Position numbers and translations under genes: made by a program. 64,000 nt of DNA, from positions 23,851,413 through 23,915,412 of the forward strand of contig CM119263.1 of assembly GCA_051294375.1 (NCBI GenBank), given 5' to 3'. The first letter of the stretch is position 1, and each line of letters opens with the position of its first letter. The stretch is from Paraspadella gotoi (lineage: Eukaryota > Animalia > Chaetognatha). Below, in pieces: positions 1 to 11,647 of the stretch. The notes beneath the pieces were generated by a model. That model did no database searches. It saw only the letters and a program-made list of their open reading frames with translations, and was not told where the DNA came from.

Positions 1-143
1 CTTCGGATCTGACTCTAGTACGCCACTACTGGTGGGATAGACTGAGACGTCCGTTCTACCTTCTAGCATTGATACCAACGGGGCACGAACCAGGGTTGCG
101 TTGACGAGTTCAAGGGTGTGGCGATAGTGAATGTGTTGCCACA
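1..143. mobile_element. Right end of a GC-balanced repeat ending in a terminal hairpin (LTR-like or retroelement end), truncated by the window edge
   Basis: TGTGGCGATA (117-126) pairs with TGTTGCCACA (134-143); sequence switches abruptly to AT-rich after ...GCCACA; same terminal architecture as 9358-9597. Confidence 0.3.
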
Positions 144-419
144 ATGTAATAATAATATAATTGATTCACTCTGGTATTTTTAACGTTTTAACGTCACAAA
201 GAGGAAAAAGTTTAATTTTAAATTTCTAAAATTTGTTGCTACTTTTTCTTAGGTTTATAATTATATATTATAATATATATTATAATATATTATAATTATA
301 TATGTGATCAGGGAAAAGGATGTTTAAATGGCGATACGATAGGTACCACTTGGTTAACTATCTTTCTAGTTCATTCAAAAGTTCAAAATTTCTAGAATCT
401 TAAATAATCATAAATAATT

Positions 420-468
<49 letters not shown>

Positions 469-2320
469 GACAATCTCCACCCTTTTAACTGTAACCACAC
501 CTCGTCTGCTGCTTCTCTAATATCTATATACTATAGTACACTGTACTAAGTACAGGGGTCTTGCGGCCAACTGTGTCAAGCCGGTCTTTTATGTTAACTT
601 TTTCATTTCATCAGTCCCAAACGAGTAACCGTGTATTATTTTTCGATGTTTTATTATCGGTCTCTCCGTTTTCCGGCCGGTGATCTCTGATTGGAGAAAA
701 GAGCGACCGGCACGTTCTTATAGGAAAATATACTAGTTTAAGACCATTTCATCCAGCTCAGCTTAACATACAATTGGCACCACAAATTCGAATCATTTAA
801 TTAATGACAAACTCGGTCGTCTCATTTGTACTCGATATATCAAAAAATTACTTTTATCTTGTACATATATAAACTGTGTTAAAAAACCTAATTGCGAAAA
901 ACTAAGATTGATATTAAATTGGTACAATCAATAGTTTAGAAAATAGTTATAATTTCGAGCGAAAAATCACAGAAAAATATCTCGGTGCTTAAACGAAAGA
1001 ACTGGCATTAGGAAAGTTTGAAGACGTCAACTTTGGTGCTATTCGAATTTGATGCTGAGGAACTTTGATGTTGCACCATATTGCCACCCCATACAACTTT
1101 GCCTTTGGCGCCAAACAGATTGAGTCGCCATTTTGATCCGAGGAAATCGGAAAATTATGCACCTGGAAAAAGCGACCACCGAAGTTCGCGCTAATGGCGG
1201 GAAGTCTTGGCGGGAAAATTTGGTAGAGAAATTTGAATGAGAAAGGAATTTTTTTATAGATATTGTTGATTAGTAATGATTACTGACTTTAGCGAATCTC
1301 GTAGAAATACTGTAATGTTTTAAAGCAAAGGACTTCACGCTGCTTTTCTTAAATATTGACAATTTTTATAATTTAACGAAAAAATGTTGTTTTTTTTTAT
1401 TCTCTCTTCTTCTGCTTTACTTGCGCCATTCACATGATAAATGTCATTTATGTTTCTCATAATTTCTCATAACAAAATGATTTTTTTTGCGGTTACACAA
1501 ATAACGAATATTTGGAAAAAACTTGAGGCGTGTTTTTTGTGTGATAAATAAATGGTACATATATTAACGAAAAACAGAGTTAAAAGCAATAACGGAAAAA
1601 ATAACAACTACGCATTTACATTGGCTGAAAAAAGGTCAGCCATAACAATTTATTCCAGGTCGAATGGTCGAATGGTCATTCTTGCTGACCCCAACGAGTC
1701 GCAAAGTAGAAAGACCTCGTCGTCGTCGTCGTTTTCGCCTGAACTATTTGAGCTTCCAATTTTTTAAATTTTACTTAAAAGTTTCTCCCTGGTAGTAATG
1801 TGACTATAAAAATATGAAAAAAAAACACCTATAATCTCTGATATCGCTTCAAAAATACAATGTCCTTTGACCCAGGCACGGGTTTATTTCTTCGCAACGA
1901 GCCACGCCGTAATTGCTTTGAGGTTTTGTTGTTGTACTTATTTACTGTCGGTTATCGTCGTCGTCGCCGCCGCCGCCTCTCTTCGTCATCATCAGTACAG
2001 TTTTCTGCAGAGCGAAGAATTACTGCAAAAATCAGCGGCAGCGGTAGTCGGCGAACCTTGGATGGCTGAACCGTTCATTATATACTCACGCCCTGGTTTT
2101 ACGACATTAAGTGTCGTTCAAAATGTAGAAACAATTTGAAAAGTAAAAAACGATCAAAATCAAGTTATAAGATTAATAGAAAAATAGTGAGGAAGAAAGT
2201 AGGAGACAGAGAACGCGGTTGACAAATCTTGAATTTTATTCATGAGCGGAGTTTTGAATTTCATAGTTTCCTACTTTCTGTCAATTTTTTTTTTAGAATT
2301 TCCCGTGAAATTGTTTTGCG

Positions 2321-2765
2321 TCGCGTCGTCGTCAGAGGCAGCGACCCTCACGGGCGAAGCTTGTCTCGGCCGCGACTTGCTTTGACTTGATAGGCGTTCG
2401 TCCTTCGGGGGACTGCCTCACTCTCAATGCTGTCGTCGTATGTGTCGCGCTCGATTTGATCTATCGAGATCCATTCCGCAAAGATTACATCTAACTCGAA
2501 CACTTTTGAAAACTCTAGCTTCTTCAACTTCTCTTCCTGAGCTCATTAGACCAGCTATCTCACAGCTTTTCCGGTGCTTGCTTATATAATTCGGGCTATA
2601 CTCTTTCCCACACACGCACTTCCTTTTCGATGAGTCACTGGCCTTACCACCACATACCTTATAGTGGTTAATCAGGTTTGCTTCCTGAAGGAAAGATTCA
2701 TCACATTTTCCGCAAATGAAAGACTTCTTCTGACTGGATACTTCGTGAATCCTTTTCTTGTGTGT
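2321..2765 (-). mobile_element. 5'-truncated non-LTR retrotransposon (RTE-like LINE) 3' end: zinc-finger ORF end, structured 3' UTR, (GAC)n tail
   Basis: Minus ORF stops at 2424, followed by a ~90-nt UTR closed by GAGGCAG/CTGCCTC (2335-2341/2413-2419) and then GACGACGAC; protein-like character is lost beyond ~2765. Confidence 0.65.
2424..2765 (-). pseudogene. C-terminal fragment with tandem C2H2/C2HC-type zinc fingers, probably a LINE ORF end
   Basis: FICGKCDESFLQEANLINHYKVC, CVCGKEYSPNYISKHRKSC and CNLCGMDLDRSNRARHIRRQH in ORF 2424..2957; no credible start or splice acceptor. Confidence 0.65.
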
Positions 2766-3847
2766 CACGCGACGTCCTTTGACACGTTCTCGTCGTCCTT
2801 TGTCACGGCCTCGACATGATGCTATACCATGCAGGATCATGCCTTCTGCATGAGGCGAGGTCGATACTCTCTCTCTTTGACTATCCCAGTCACAGCAGCC
2901 ACTAACACCAACCCTAACCCTAAAATTTTTTATTTTTGGTCTATCGTGACTCGCCATGACAAAGCCTTGTGTTGCTTAGTCACGGCAACGACCCGCGCTG
3001 CCAAGTCAAACGCGAAGGCTTCCGTTGCCAAGGAAACGCCTGGCGCCGACGGGGGATTTATTTATGTATGAAAAAGAGAAAGAAAGCGTCGCCCGAATTT
3101 TTTATGTCTCAAGAATTCGTCGACGCGAAAAAAAAGGGGGACGTTAGTAGAAAACATATGGCGACATCCGGGTCGTCGTTGTATTCGTCGTTGTCGTCGT
3201 AGATTTTAGCTTCGTCTTTTTTTTTCATGGTTGTCGTCGTTGAATCTCGACGTCGAGGGACAGAAATCGATCGAGTGTCACTGGATCTCTGTGATCCACC
3301 GACCTTAGACCTCCCAAAATATCATACATTTATGAAAGTTCCTGATACCTGCAAAGTTTCTTGTGTCAAATTTAGTGGAGAAAACAAAAATCACAATAAA
3401 AAATTTTCTGGATGCTCATTATGGATTTTCCACGCTAGTTTTTGCGTCGAACCACTTCCGGTTTTAAAAATTCAGGATTTTTGGAAAAAAATGAGCTGTT
3501 ATTCAGCCAGCATACTTAAATTAATCAAAATAAAGTTACCAATAACCTTAATATTACATTTTTTGTTTTGGTTTATAAATTAGGTTATAAAAAATATAAT
3601 TACAAAAGGCTTCAAGTTAAAAATTCATAATTTTTTTAAGCCAAATTGGCCCTAATCAAACTACTCCACTAATTTTAATAAAAATTTTACTATCTGGTTA
3701 AACTAATAGAACTGTCAAAGGGATTTTAAATCTTTAATCTTTAAACCAAGACATTGACCTTTAAAAAGTTTACCAAGTGATGCAAAAATAAAGTAGCGAA
3801 TAAGATGGAAGGCGACTTGGCCTTTGCAGCTCGCAAGCCTCTCACTC

Positions 3848-4200
3848 ACCCCTAACCCTAAACCGGGCCCTAAACAAACCTTTAATCTTAATCAGTTTCC
3901 CTAGCTTGGGATATCTAACCTACACCTAGCCCTAACCTTAACGTGAACTTCTTGTCTTACCCTAAGTCTGAATCTTAACCCGAGCAACCTTTCCCCTAAC
4001 CTTAACCCAAGCTAGTGTACTTCCTGCTGAACCTTAACCCAAAACCAGTCCCTGATCCAAACTCTTACCAGTTTCCCTGGCTGGTAACATCTGCAGAGAG
4101 TCACTTCCTTAGCCCTAACCCTAACCTAGGCCTCCTGTTTTATATCATGCCAGAACCCTAACCCTGCATCACTTAAAAGACTATCCACCAACCCTCACCT
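3848..4200 (+). repeat. Degenerate CCCTAA/CCTTAA telomere-like motif cluster inside the hAT element
   Basis: Recurrent ccctaaccctaa / cctaaccttaaccc motifs; complementary gggttaaggg / ggtttaggtt motifs at ~5700-5745. Confidence 0.55.
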
Positions 4201-4223
4201 CAGCCTGAGGTTTACCTCTGAGC

Positions 4224-5455
4224 TAGTGTTCTGACAACGCTTAACTGTTAACGGTTATTAATGGTTAAAAATAATTTTAACTTCACCGTTAATATATTTA
4301 TTTTAACGGTTAAATTCGGTTATTTTCAAATGTGATTTTTTTTCATTTTTTGGTATGAAATCTTTAAGTAAAAAAAAAACATATTTTTTTCCTATCCTCT
4401 CTTATTCTCCTCTTCCCTCTCACACCATATTTTTACCCCTCTCTCTCTTCTCCACTTTTTCCCTGCTTTTTCCTTTGTTATTTTCTTCTTTTTTTTTCTA
4501 TCTTAATCTCTCTCTTATTCTTTCTTCCCCTTTATTTATCTCCTCCAGTTTCTTTCTTTTCTTTCTCACTTTTCGACTGTTTCTTTCCCCCTTTCTTTTC
4601 TCTACTTTTTTCTCCCTTTTTCTCCCTGTTATTTTACCTTTTTCCTTTTTTTGCCCTTCCATGCAATAATATATATTCAATTTAGCTAAAAATAAATAAT
4701 CCTTCTTATTTTACTTTTTCTCTCTTTTTTTCCCTGTTTAAAATGAACAAAGAAGACAAATGAAATAAAACCGAATGAAGGAAAAAAATTATTAAAAAAC
4801 CAAATAAAAAAATTATTAAAAAAATTTTAAAATTGAAATAGAAGGAACGAATCTTAAAAAGACATTAAGGCTAACTAAAACTATCCTTCAATAATGATGA
4901 TATACTTTTTAATTAACTGAAAAATATATTTATTGATCAATAAATCTTTTGATCAATCGATAAATCAACCAGTCTATCAATAAAATTAAAAATTAAAATT
5001 TATATTAATGGTCAATGACCATTGGTCATGGTTTATGAAAGACTAACAACAGAAACAAAGCGTTCAAGAAACTAACAACTACAAAAATAATGAGGAAGAG
5101 AAGTAGAGAAGAAAAATAGAAAGCAAAAGGGAGAAGAGAAAACAAAATATACTAGAATTAGTATTCGATGGTATCCTTCGTTTTATTATGAGAATAGCAA
5201 AAATATTTCTTTTGTTACAACAACAATTTTATTTGCATAAAAAAACATGTTTCGACTCTGTTTCGAGTCTTCTTCAGCGCATTCAGTTAAAGTTAAAGAG
5301 AAAATACCATTAAATGCTTTATTTTGTTTTAAATCTTAATATTTTAAATTTAAAGTTAAATTATAAAATAACCGATCTTAACGGTTAACCGTTAAAAATG
5401 TTAGTTTTAACGGTTAAGCGAATTTCCTAAAAAATTAACGGTTATCGGAACTCTA
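4224..5455. mobile_element. Second non-autonomous hAT-type element nested in the first
   Basis: Perfect 8-bp TSD CTCTGAGC (4216-4223, 5456-5463); TIR TAGTGTTCTGACAAC vs GTTATCGGAACTCTA; multiple subterminal TTAACGGTTA motifs at both ends. Confidence 0.9.
5228..5282 (-). ncRNA. Minimal type I hammerhead ribozyme motif of the Penelope-like-element kind (probably degenerate)
   Basis: Minus strand reads ATGCG-CTGAAGA-A-GACTC-gaaaca-GAGTC-GAAA-CATG-TTTTTTT-A-TGCA-AATAAA: core boxes, 5-bp stem II, palindromic ACATGT stem III, TGCG/TGCA stem I, adjacent poly(A) signal. Confidence 0.65.
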
Positions 5456-6334
5456 CTCTGAGCCTCAACTGAGGCTTCCCTGCCTCCTGGCCATCAATAA
5501 GGCTAAACTTTAATCTTTAATTTCCTTCCCCAGTAGCTTCCCTAACCTTAACCCAAGCTTCTTATCCTTTTCTGAGCTGGTCCAAATTGCACTTAATCAT
5601 AGCAACCTGGCCAAATGATAATTTTGCTGTTGGCTTGTACTAGCTTGTATCTGGGACATTAAGATCAGGGTTGAGGCTTGCAAATGAATAGAAAGGCTTG
5701 GGCTAAGGTTTAGGTTGGGGGAGAGGCTAAGGGTTAAGGGTGAGTGGAGGCTTGCTAGCCACAAAGCCCAAAGCGCCTTTTATCTAATTACTACTTCTCT
5801 TAGCATTATTTGGCAAACCTTTAAAGGCCAATATCTTGGCTTAAGGATATTTAATATTTAAAATCCCTTAGAGAATTCTATTTGTATAACCAAATCATAC
5901 TTTCTTATAAAATCTTATAGAATTTGGTCAGGGACGATTTGCGGAAAAAAACAAATAATTTCTAATTTTAAGTCTTTTGTAATAATAATTTTTTAACCTT
6001 ATTTATAAACCACAACAATTAATTGAGTATTAAGGTTATTATAATTTTATTTTGATTAATTTAAGTATGCTGGCTGAATAACAGCTCATTTTTTTCCAAA
6101 AATTTTGAATTTTTAAAACCGGAAGTGGTACGACGCAAAAACTGGCGTGGAAAATCCATCAAGAGCATTCGGGGAAATTTTTATTGTGATATTCGTTTTC
6201 TCCACTAAATTTGGCACAAGAAACTTTGCAGGTATCAGGAACACTTTCAAAAATGCATGGTATTTCTGGGAGCTCTAACCGACCTGACTTTCTTTTATTA
6301 CGTCACAATTTTGGGTATATAAATTTGGGTAGAG

Positions 6335-6388
<54 letters not shown>

Positions 6389-7257
6389 TCGCGTTTCCTT
6401 CTTCGACAGTCGACCTTGAATCACGAGAGATGGCAAAGGAAGACCGTGACGAGTTTAGGCGAATTTGTCAGTCTATAGTTTATAAAAATTTAGAATATAT
6501 TTCGTAACAAAATGAATTTATCAAAATTACTCGACCACGTTTTCAACATCGACCAAATGGTTAGAAATTAACAATTGGATCAGTTGAGGTGAGTTGAGTT
6601 AAGCGCCGAGATGATGTCGATGCGGAAGAGAAAGAAGAAACGTGAAAAGGTAGGCGTGGAGACAGGAAGTTGGTGAACGCCAATGACGTCAGCGGGAGAG
6701 TAAAAAAAATCTTGGCTCGAGAAAATCTGTGAGCGACGCCGGGGGTTGAATTGCGAAGGGAAAGTTGGCAAGGTGACCACGATGCTAAGAATAGGAGGGG
6801 GGGCGGGGATCATGGGCACTGGGGAGAGGAGATAAAGAGAGAGAGAGGAATCAGTCATCTTAACTAATTGCTTGTATAGCCATTTATTTCAATCATAATT
6901 GTTTACATGCAATCTGAAATTTGTAAACATTAGCATTTCTCCTTTACTTTTTACTTTGTGTATGTATATTATATATTTAGTTCTTACTTGAAATGTAAGG
7001 CAAAAGTTTATAAGGCTAAGATGGAAAAAAACGTCAGTCAAGGAAGACAAAATTTGTTGTTAAGGTTCATTTTCTTGCTTCGCTGCGTTGAAGATCAACA
7101 CCAACGACATTTATCGCAAAAATAACAATAACAACAACGAAAATGGATATATTTTCTTTCTGGAATTGCAGGACAATGGGCATTTTTCGTTAGCCAAGTA
7201 CAAATCATTACATGCTATTTAAACAATATTTCTTTCTTTCTTTCTTCACGTCTTTTT

Positions 7258-7292
<35 letters not shown>

Positions 7293-9126
7293 CTCTTTTT
7301 TTTCTTCTCTCCATTCGCTTAATTTTTGTTACTGCTTCATTTTTACTCTTTTCAATTTTTAAAAATTTCTTCTTTTCTCTTTTATTTTTTTGAGTTTCGT
7401 GCTAAAGAAGAGATAACGAATGAAAAGGAAAACCGAGTCGACGTCAAGTTCAAACCAGAGAAGAGGAAGAGAAGGAAAAAAATTAAAAGGGAGGCGGACA
7501 AAGCGAGCGCTAGTAAAATTAGGGAAAAACTGGAAATAAGAAAAAAAAATGAACTGAATAGAAAAAAGATGTATGAATGAACGATAAAAGCCAGGAGTAA
7601 TAAAATAAATAAATAAAAAAATAAAAAATTAAAATAAGGGGATCTAAAAAAAAAAGCGAAAATAAACCAAGTCAAAGGAACTATGAGCAAAAAAAAAACA
7701 AAACAAAAAAAAAACAAACCCGAAGATGTTTGTTCAATTTTCGTTCAAAAAAAGAAGCAATGTCGAAGGTGCTAAAAGTGAAAAAATGAAACCTAAAAAG
7801 AAAGTTAAAAAAATCTTTAAAAACATGTTGGAGCTTAGAACGATTTGTGAACTAGGAAAACAAAAACAAAGGTGACGACGACGACGACGACGTAAATGGC
7901 GCTGACGGTGGAAACGAGCGAGACGATACTACGTTACGACGAAAATAAAAAATCAATTTAAGTTTCGATTTTATGTTATGACCCAATAAAAAAAGGTATT
8001 CATATTTTTTTTTAAAGTAAATTAGGTAATAATTTCATTTTACAGTAAAAAAAAATATAACAATAAACAGATCATCTTTTTTGTTTGTATATAATAGTTA
8101 AACTAACGGCGTAATAACCTGGGGACTAAAAATAAAAACGCGAGAATAAAAAAAAGCAACAATAAAAAGAGAAAAAAAAAACGATAAACGAGAGTAATAA
8201 CCCAATGTGTCGCTTTCAATCGTCAACTTCCGTGGAAAACCGAGGTCAGTTCGACCTGACCATATTGAAAAGGGGAAAAAGAGAAGGGGGAGGGAGGGGA
8301 AACAAAAAAATGGATCAGCAGCTGTTTCTGTCGAGTAGGATCCTTCGCCGAAACTATTTTTATTTGTTATGCTTACTTATTTAACTCGAAATCAAATTAA
8401 GTCTCCATCGATACCGACGACCATCATTTTCGTCGTCGTCGGCTGCTGTCGTCGTCTCCATCTTTGTTTATATGCCTCGTTCCCAGATCGAAACACGCCG
8501 CCGCGACGCGCGTTCGGGACACGAGAGGGATCGTCGTCGTCGTCGTCGTCGTTTCGGCGTTCTCATCCATCTGTTGACAATTAATGGTTCAAAATCTTAA
8601 TAGCTGACTTTTTTTTTTCAACAAGCGGGAAAAAAAAAGTAATGTTGGAAGCAATTAAGACGATTTACTTCGAGAGTTTCGCTTCGCAAATCACACGTTT
8701 CCCCCCAGCAGGGAATGGCGTAAAAACAAGGAGGGCGTAAACCGACGAAATGATGGAAAAATCGAACTTGCAATGTCCAAAATTGGGAGACGCCATAATT
8801 TAGAAAACGGAGAGACGCAATGACGGAATTCGGGGATTATAAATGACGGAAATTAGGATATACAATGACGGAATTAAGTGGACGCATCGATGGAAATCGG
8901 CAGCTGAAACGACGAAAATTCAAAAAATAAAATGACGAAAAACTTTTAAAGACCAAATAACGAAAATCGGGATTTTTCGATGAGAAGCGAAAACGGAATG
9001 AGCGGCCAAAGCGACGTCGTCGAAAAGTGCAACTCAATTCCAACAGTCTTCGTCGTCGTCGTCGTCGTCGTCGTCGCTGTTATCCTCTTTTCGCGGCAAA
9101 CATCCGTCATCCTCGTCATTCAACTA

Positions 9127-9946
9127 CAAGGAGATCCACGGGTGCCGTTCTCAAAAGAATTTATTAGCTCAGTGACATATTTAAATAAAATTTTCATTAA
9201 TGTGCAAAATAATCAAAAGTCATGACACTTTTTTAGTACCCTCATCCTATTGAAAAATCAAAGGTTATGTCCAATGTAGAAAGGGAAAAGTTCCGATCGC
9301 TTTTTTCAAGTTTTCTGATTTTCGAAATTCACTCACTGCTATTCAATACAGTTCTTGTATGGCAACAGCCGGGTTCCCTGTGATGCCCATTGGGATGGGG
9401 CATCTCACTGTTGGCTTTGGGGGCTTCCGACCCTCAGTGACGCCTCCAGTCACTGGCGCGGTTACCCTAGGACGGTCTCGCTTTGCCAACGCAGAGGGAA
9501 GTCCTGGATGGAACACAAAGACTGGGATGGTGTGTTACCCCTCGGAGGCAACGGCTGAGCAATGGTGGATGTGAAGCGGTAGTAATATACCGCCACACTT
9601 GTCTCTTTTAGTTTTTTTAAGAGCCGGGCAAAGTCAAGAGCTTCCTGTCGACCATTGGTGACCATTCATTGAAAGTTAGTCAAGAAACTTTAAAAGAATA
9701 GCGCAATTCAAGTTGAAAGTTTGTTCGAAGAAATTCAAAAAAATCAAAATTCTTTCTCGCCGTAAAAAATATCGTGTTCTTTCACTGTTAAATATGAAAT
9801 GACCATGTCGTCACATGTTTTATAGAACGAGCACAGAAAAAAATTTCAGGCCTTTTCTAACTAATAAAATCTATATCATGACCAATGGATAGATTATATG
9901 GGTGCTGTAGCCATTTTTTTGAGGTCGGTGCCCGTGGATCTCCTTG
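9127..9946. mobile_element. Non-autonomous Tc1/mariner-type element (MITE)
   Basis: TA|CAAGGAGATCCACGGG...CCCGTGGATCTCCTTG|TA: 16-bp perfect TIR extending imperfectly to ~30 bp, TA TSDs at 9125-9126 and 9947-9948. Noisy copies at ~20506-21371, 28300-29165, 36230-37095. Confidence 0.85.
9358..9597. mobile_element. 240-bp GC-rich, hairpin-rich insertion (solo-LTR-like) nested in the Tc1/mariner MITE
   Basis: Flanked by CTTG/CTTG (9354-9357, 9598-9601); termini TATGGC...GCCACA; internal stems CAGTGAC/GTCACTG, GATGCCC/GGGCATC, GCGGTA/TACCGC. Confidence 0.45.
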
Positions 9947-11143
9947 TAAGGGCTAGAGGAAACGGTCACACAGTCGAACTGCTTTCGGTTAGTACCTCTT
10001 CAAATCTTCTTTTTTTAGTTTTGGTCGTCGTCGTCATCGTCGTCATCGCCGTCATTTTCTCTTTCAAGTGAATCTATCCAGAACTCTTCCGTTGCAGCGT
10101 GCGCCCGCCAGCAAGTGCCTCCACATTTATCCGCGCATTTTTGATGTTTGCTATTCAAATTATTTGGGATTCTCTCTCGCGTTCGCCAATGTAAATTCCT
10201 ATCCGAGTGATTTCATTTCAAACTTACTCGCTTTCATCCTATTGTCTCTCTTGTTTTTCCAGGACAGAATTCCGTTCATCGCATCTTTTCGTCCGAATGT
10301 CTTATTGTCTGTGCTGGCGTTCGTTTGACTGTCAGTTCGAAAGCCGAACTTTCCATGGCACGTTAATGAGCTTTGGTGCTCGCCCAAACCGCTAACTCGC
10401 GCCGTCACGCCCATTTCTCGCGGGACTCGGAGAGAGAAAGAGNNNNNNNNNNNNNNNNNNNNNNNNNNNNNNNNNNNNNNNNNNNNNNNNNNNNNNNNNN
10501 NNNNNNNNNNNNNNNNNNNNNNNNNNNNNNNNNNNNNNNNNNNNNNNNNNNNNNNNNNNNNNNNNNNNNNNNNNNNNNNNNNNNNNNNNNNNNNNNNNNN
10601 NNNNNNNNNNNNNNNNNNNNNNNNNNNNNNNNNNNNNNNNNNNNNNNNNNNNNNNNNNNNNNNNNNNNNNNNNNNNNNNNNNNNNNNNNNNNNNNNNNNN
10701 NTCCGCCATTATCATTTTCTCCAGTCCAGTTCCTTGACCTTTTCCCTCCTCTTTCTTTCCTACTTTTCATTTCTTCCACCTCGCGCAAGCGCACGACGCG
10801 TTTTCCACGTGCGTCTCTAGAATTCTGACTTCCGGTTTCGCGATTCCGTGAATTCCGATCACGCCCTCGCTTTTCACCGTCTCTGTCGTTCACGGGCGAA
10901 TATCAAGATTAAACGTTAAAGCGAAAGAAAATAATAGTATTGTTTCATTCAATGCGAAATTTTTTTTACTTTTTACGTCTTTCACTTTCTGTCTCTCTTT
11001 CTCTGTCTGTCTATCTTTCTATGTGTCTCTCTGTCTGTCTTTCTCTCTCNNNNNNNNNNNNNNNNNNNNNNNNNTGTGTTTGAGTAGTTAGGTTTGATTA
11101 CTGGTAGTAGAGGGATGCCAAATGTTTGGTGAAATACCTTTAC

Positions 11144-11647
11144 CGCGTCTAAATTATTCTTCTCCCTCCCCCCTCGGCTCCCGCGCTTCCCTCCAATAGA
11201 ATGTAGTATACAAGGGGGATTTGGACAGCGATTCGTACAGAGTTGGTAGATTACTTCTAGATTGAAAGGCCGGTGGGATCTGGGTATTTTTTGTAAGAGT
11301 CACAATATTTTTAGAGACAAATCCCGGTTTGATTTGTGTTGGGAGGAGGGAGGTGGGAGGCGTTTAAAAGAACTTTTGTTATGTAGGTTGTTATGGCACT
11401 TTAGGGGAGATCGACGCGGGGGCCTCAAAATTCTCCGATTCTCATGCTTCACTGAATTGGATTTGAAGTAGGAGTGCTTTCTTCTTGACGAGGGCTGATC
11501 TACTGATGAGTGGATTATCTGACGTGACTGACAAAGTTGAGCTGGACTTGTGGTCAACTCCATTGCAAAAGTTTCACCCGCGCCTATAAACACGTCACCT
11601 TTGTCTTGACCAGGCAGACCCATTGAGTAATGACCATCGAGCTCGGG
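11144..11647 (-). CDS. Candidate exon of an unidentified minus-strand gene (frameshifted, noisy sequence)
   Basis: Balanced-composition block bounded on minus by TATTCCAG| acceptor and |GTAAAG donor; overlaps ORF 11300..11623; no recognisable domain. Confidence 0.2.

Larger units (their letters stand above)
3306..6277. mobile_element. Non-autonomous hAT-type DNA transposon with long (~550-570 bp) imperfect inverted arms
   Basis: Perfect 8-bp TSD ACCGACCT (3298-3305, 6278-6285); termini TAGACCTCCCA...TGGGAGCTCTA; 3306-~3870 is the imperfect reverse complement of ~5710-6277. Confidence 0.9.

Noticed and set aside
523-580. TCTATATACTATAG (Helitron-like 5' end) and TACAGGGGTC (Tc1-like TIR start)
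   Set aside because: No matching 3' hairpin/CTRR end or second TIR could be located
9576-9597. Hairpin with TATATTAC on the minus strand, resembling a CRESS-DNA virus origin
   Set aside because: Does not fit NANTATTAC in a loop, and no Rep or capsid ORF is nearby; better explained as the terminal hairpin of the insert
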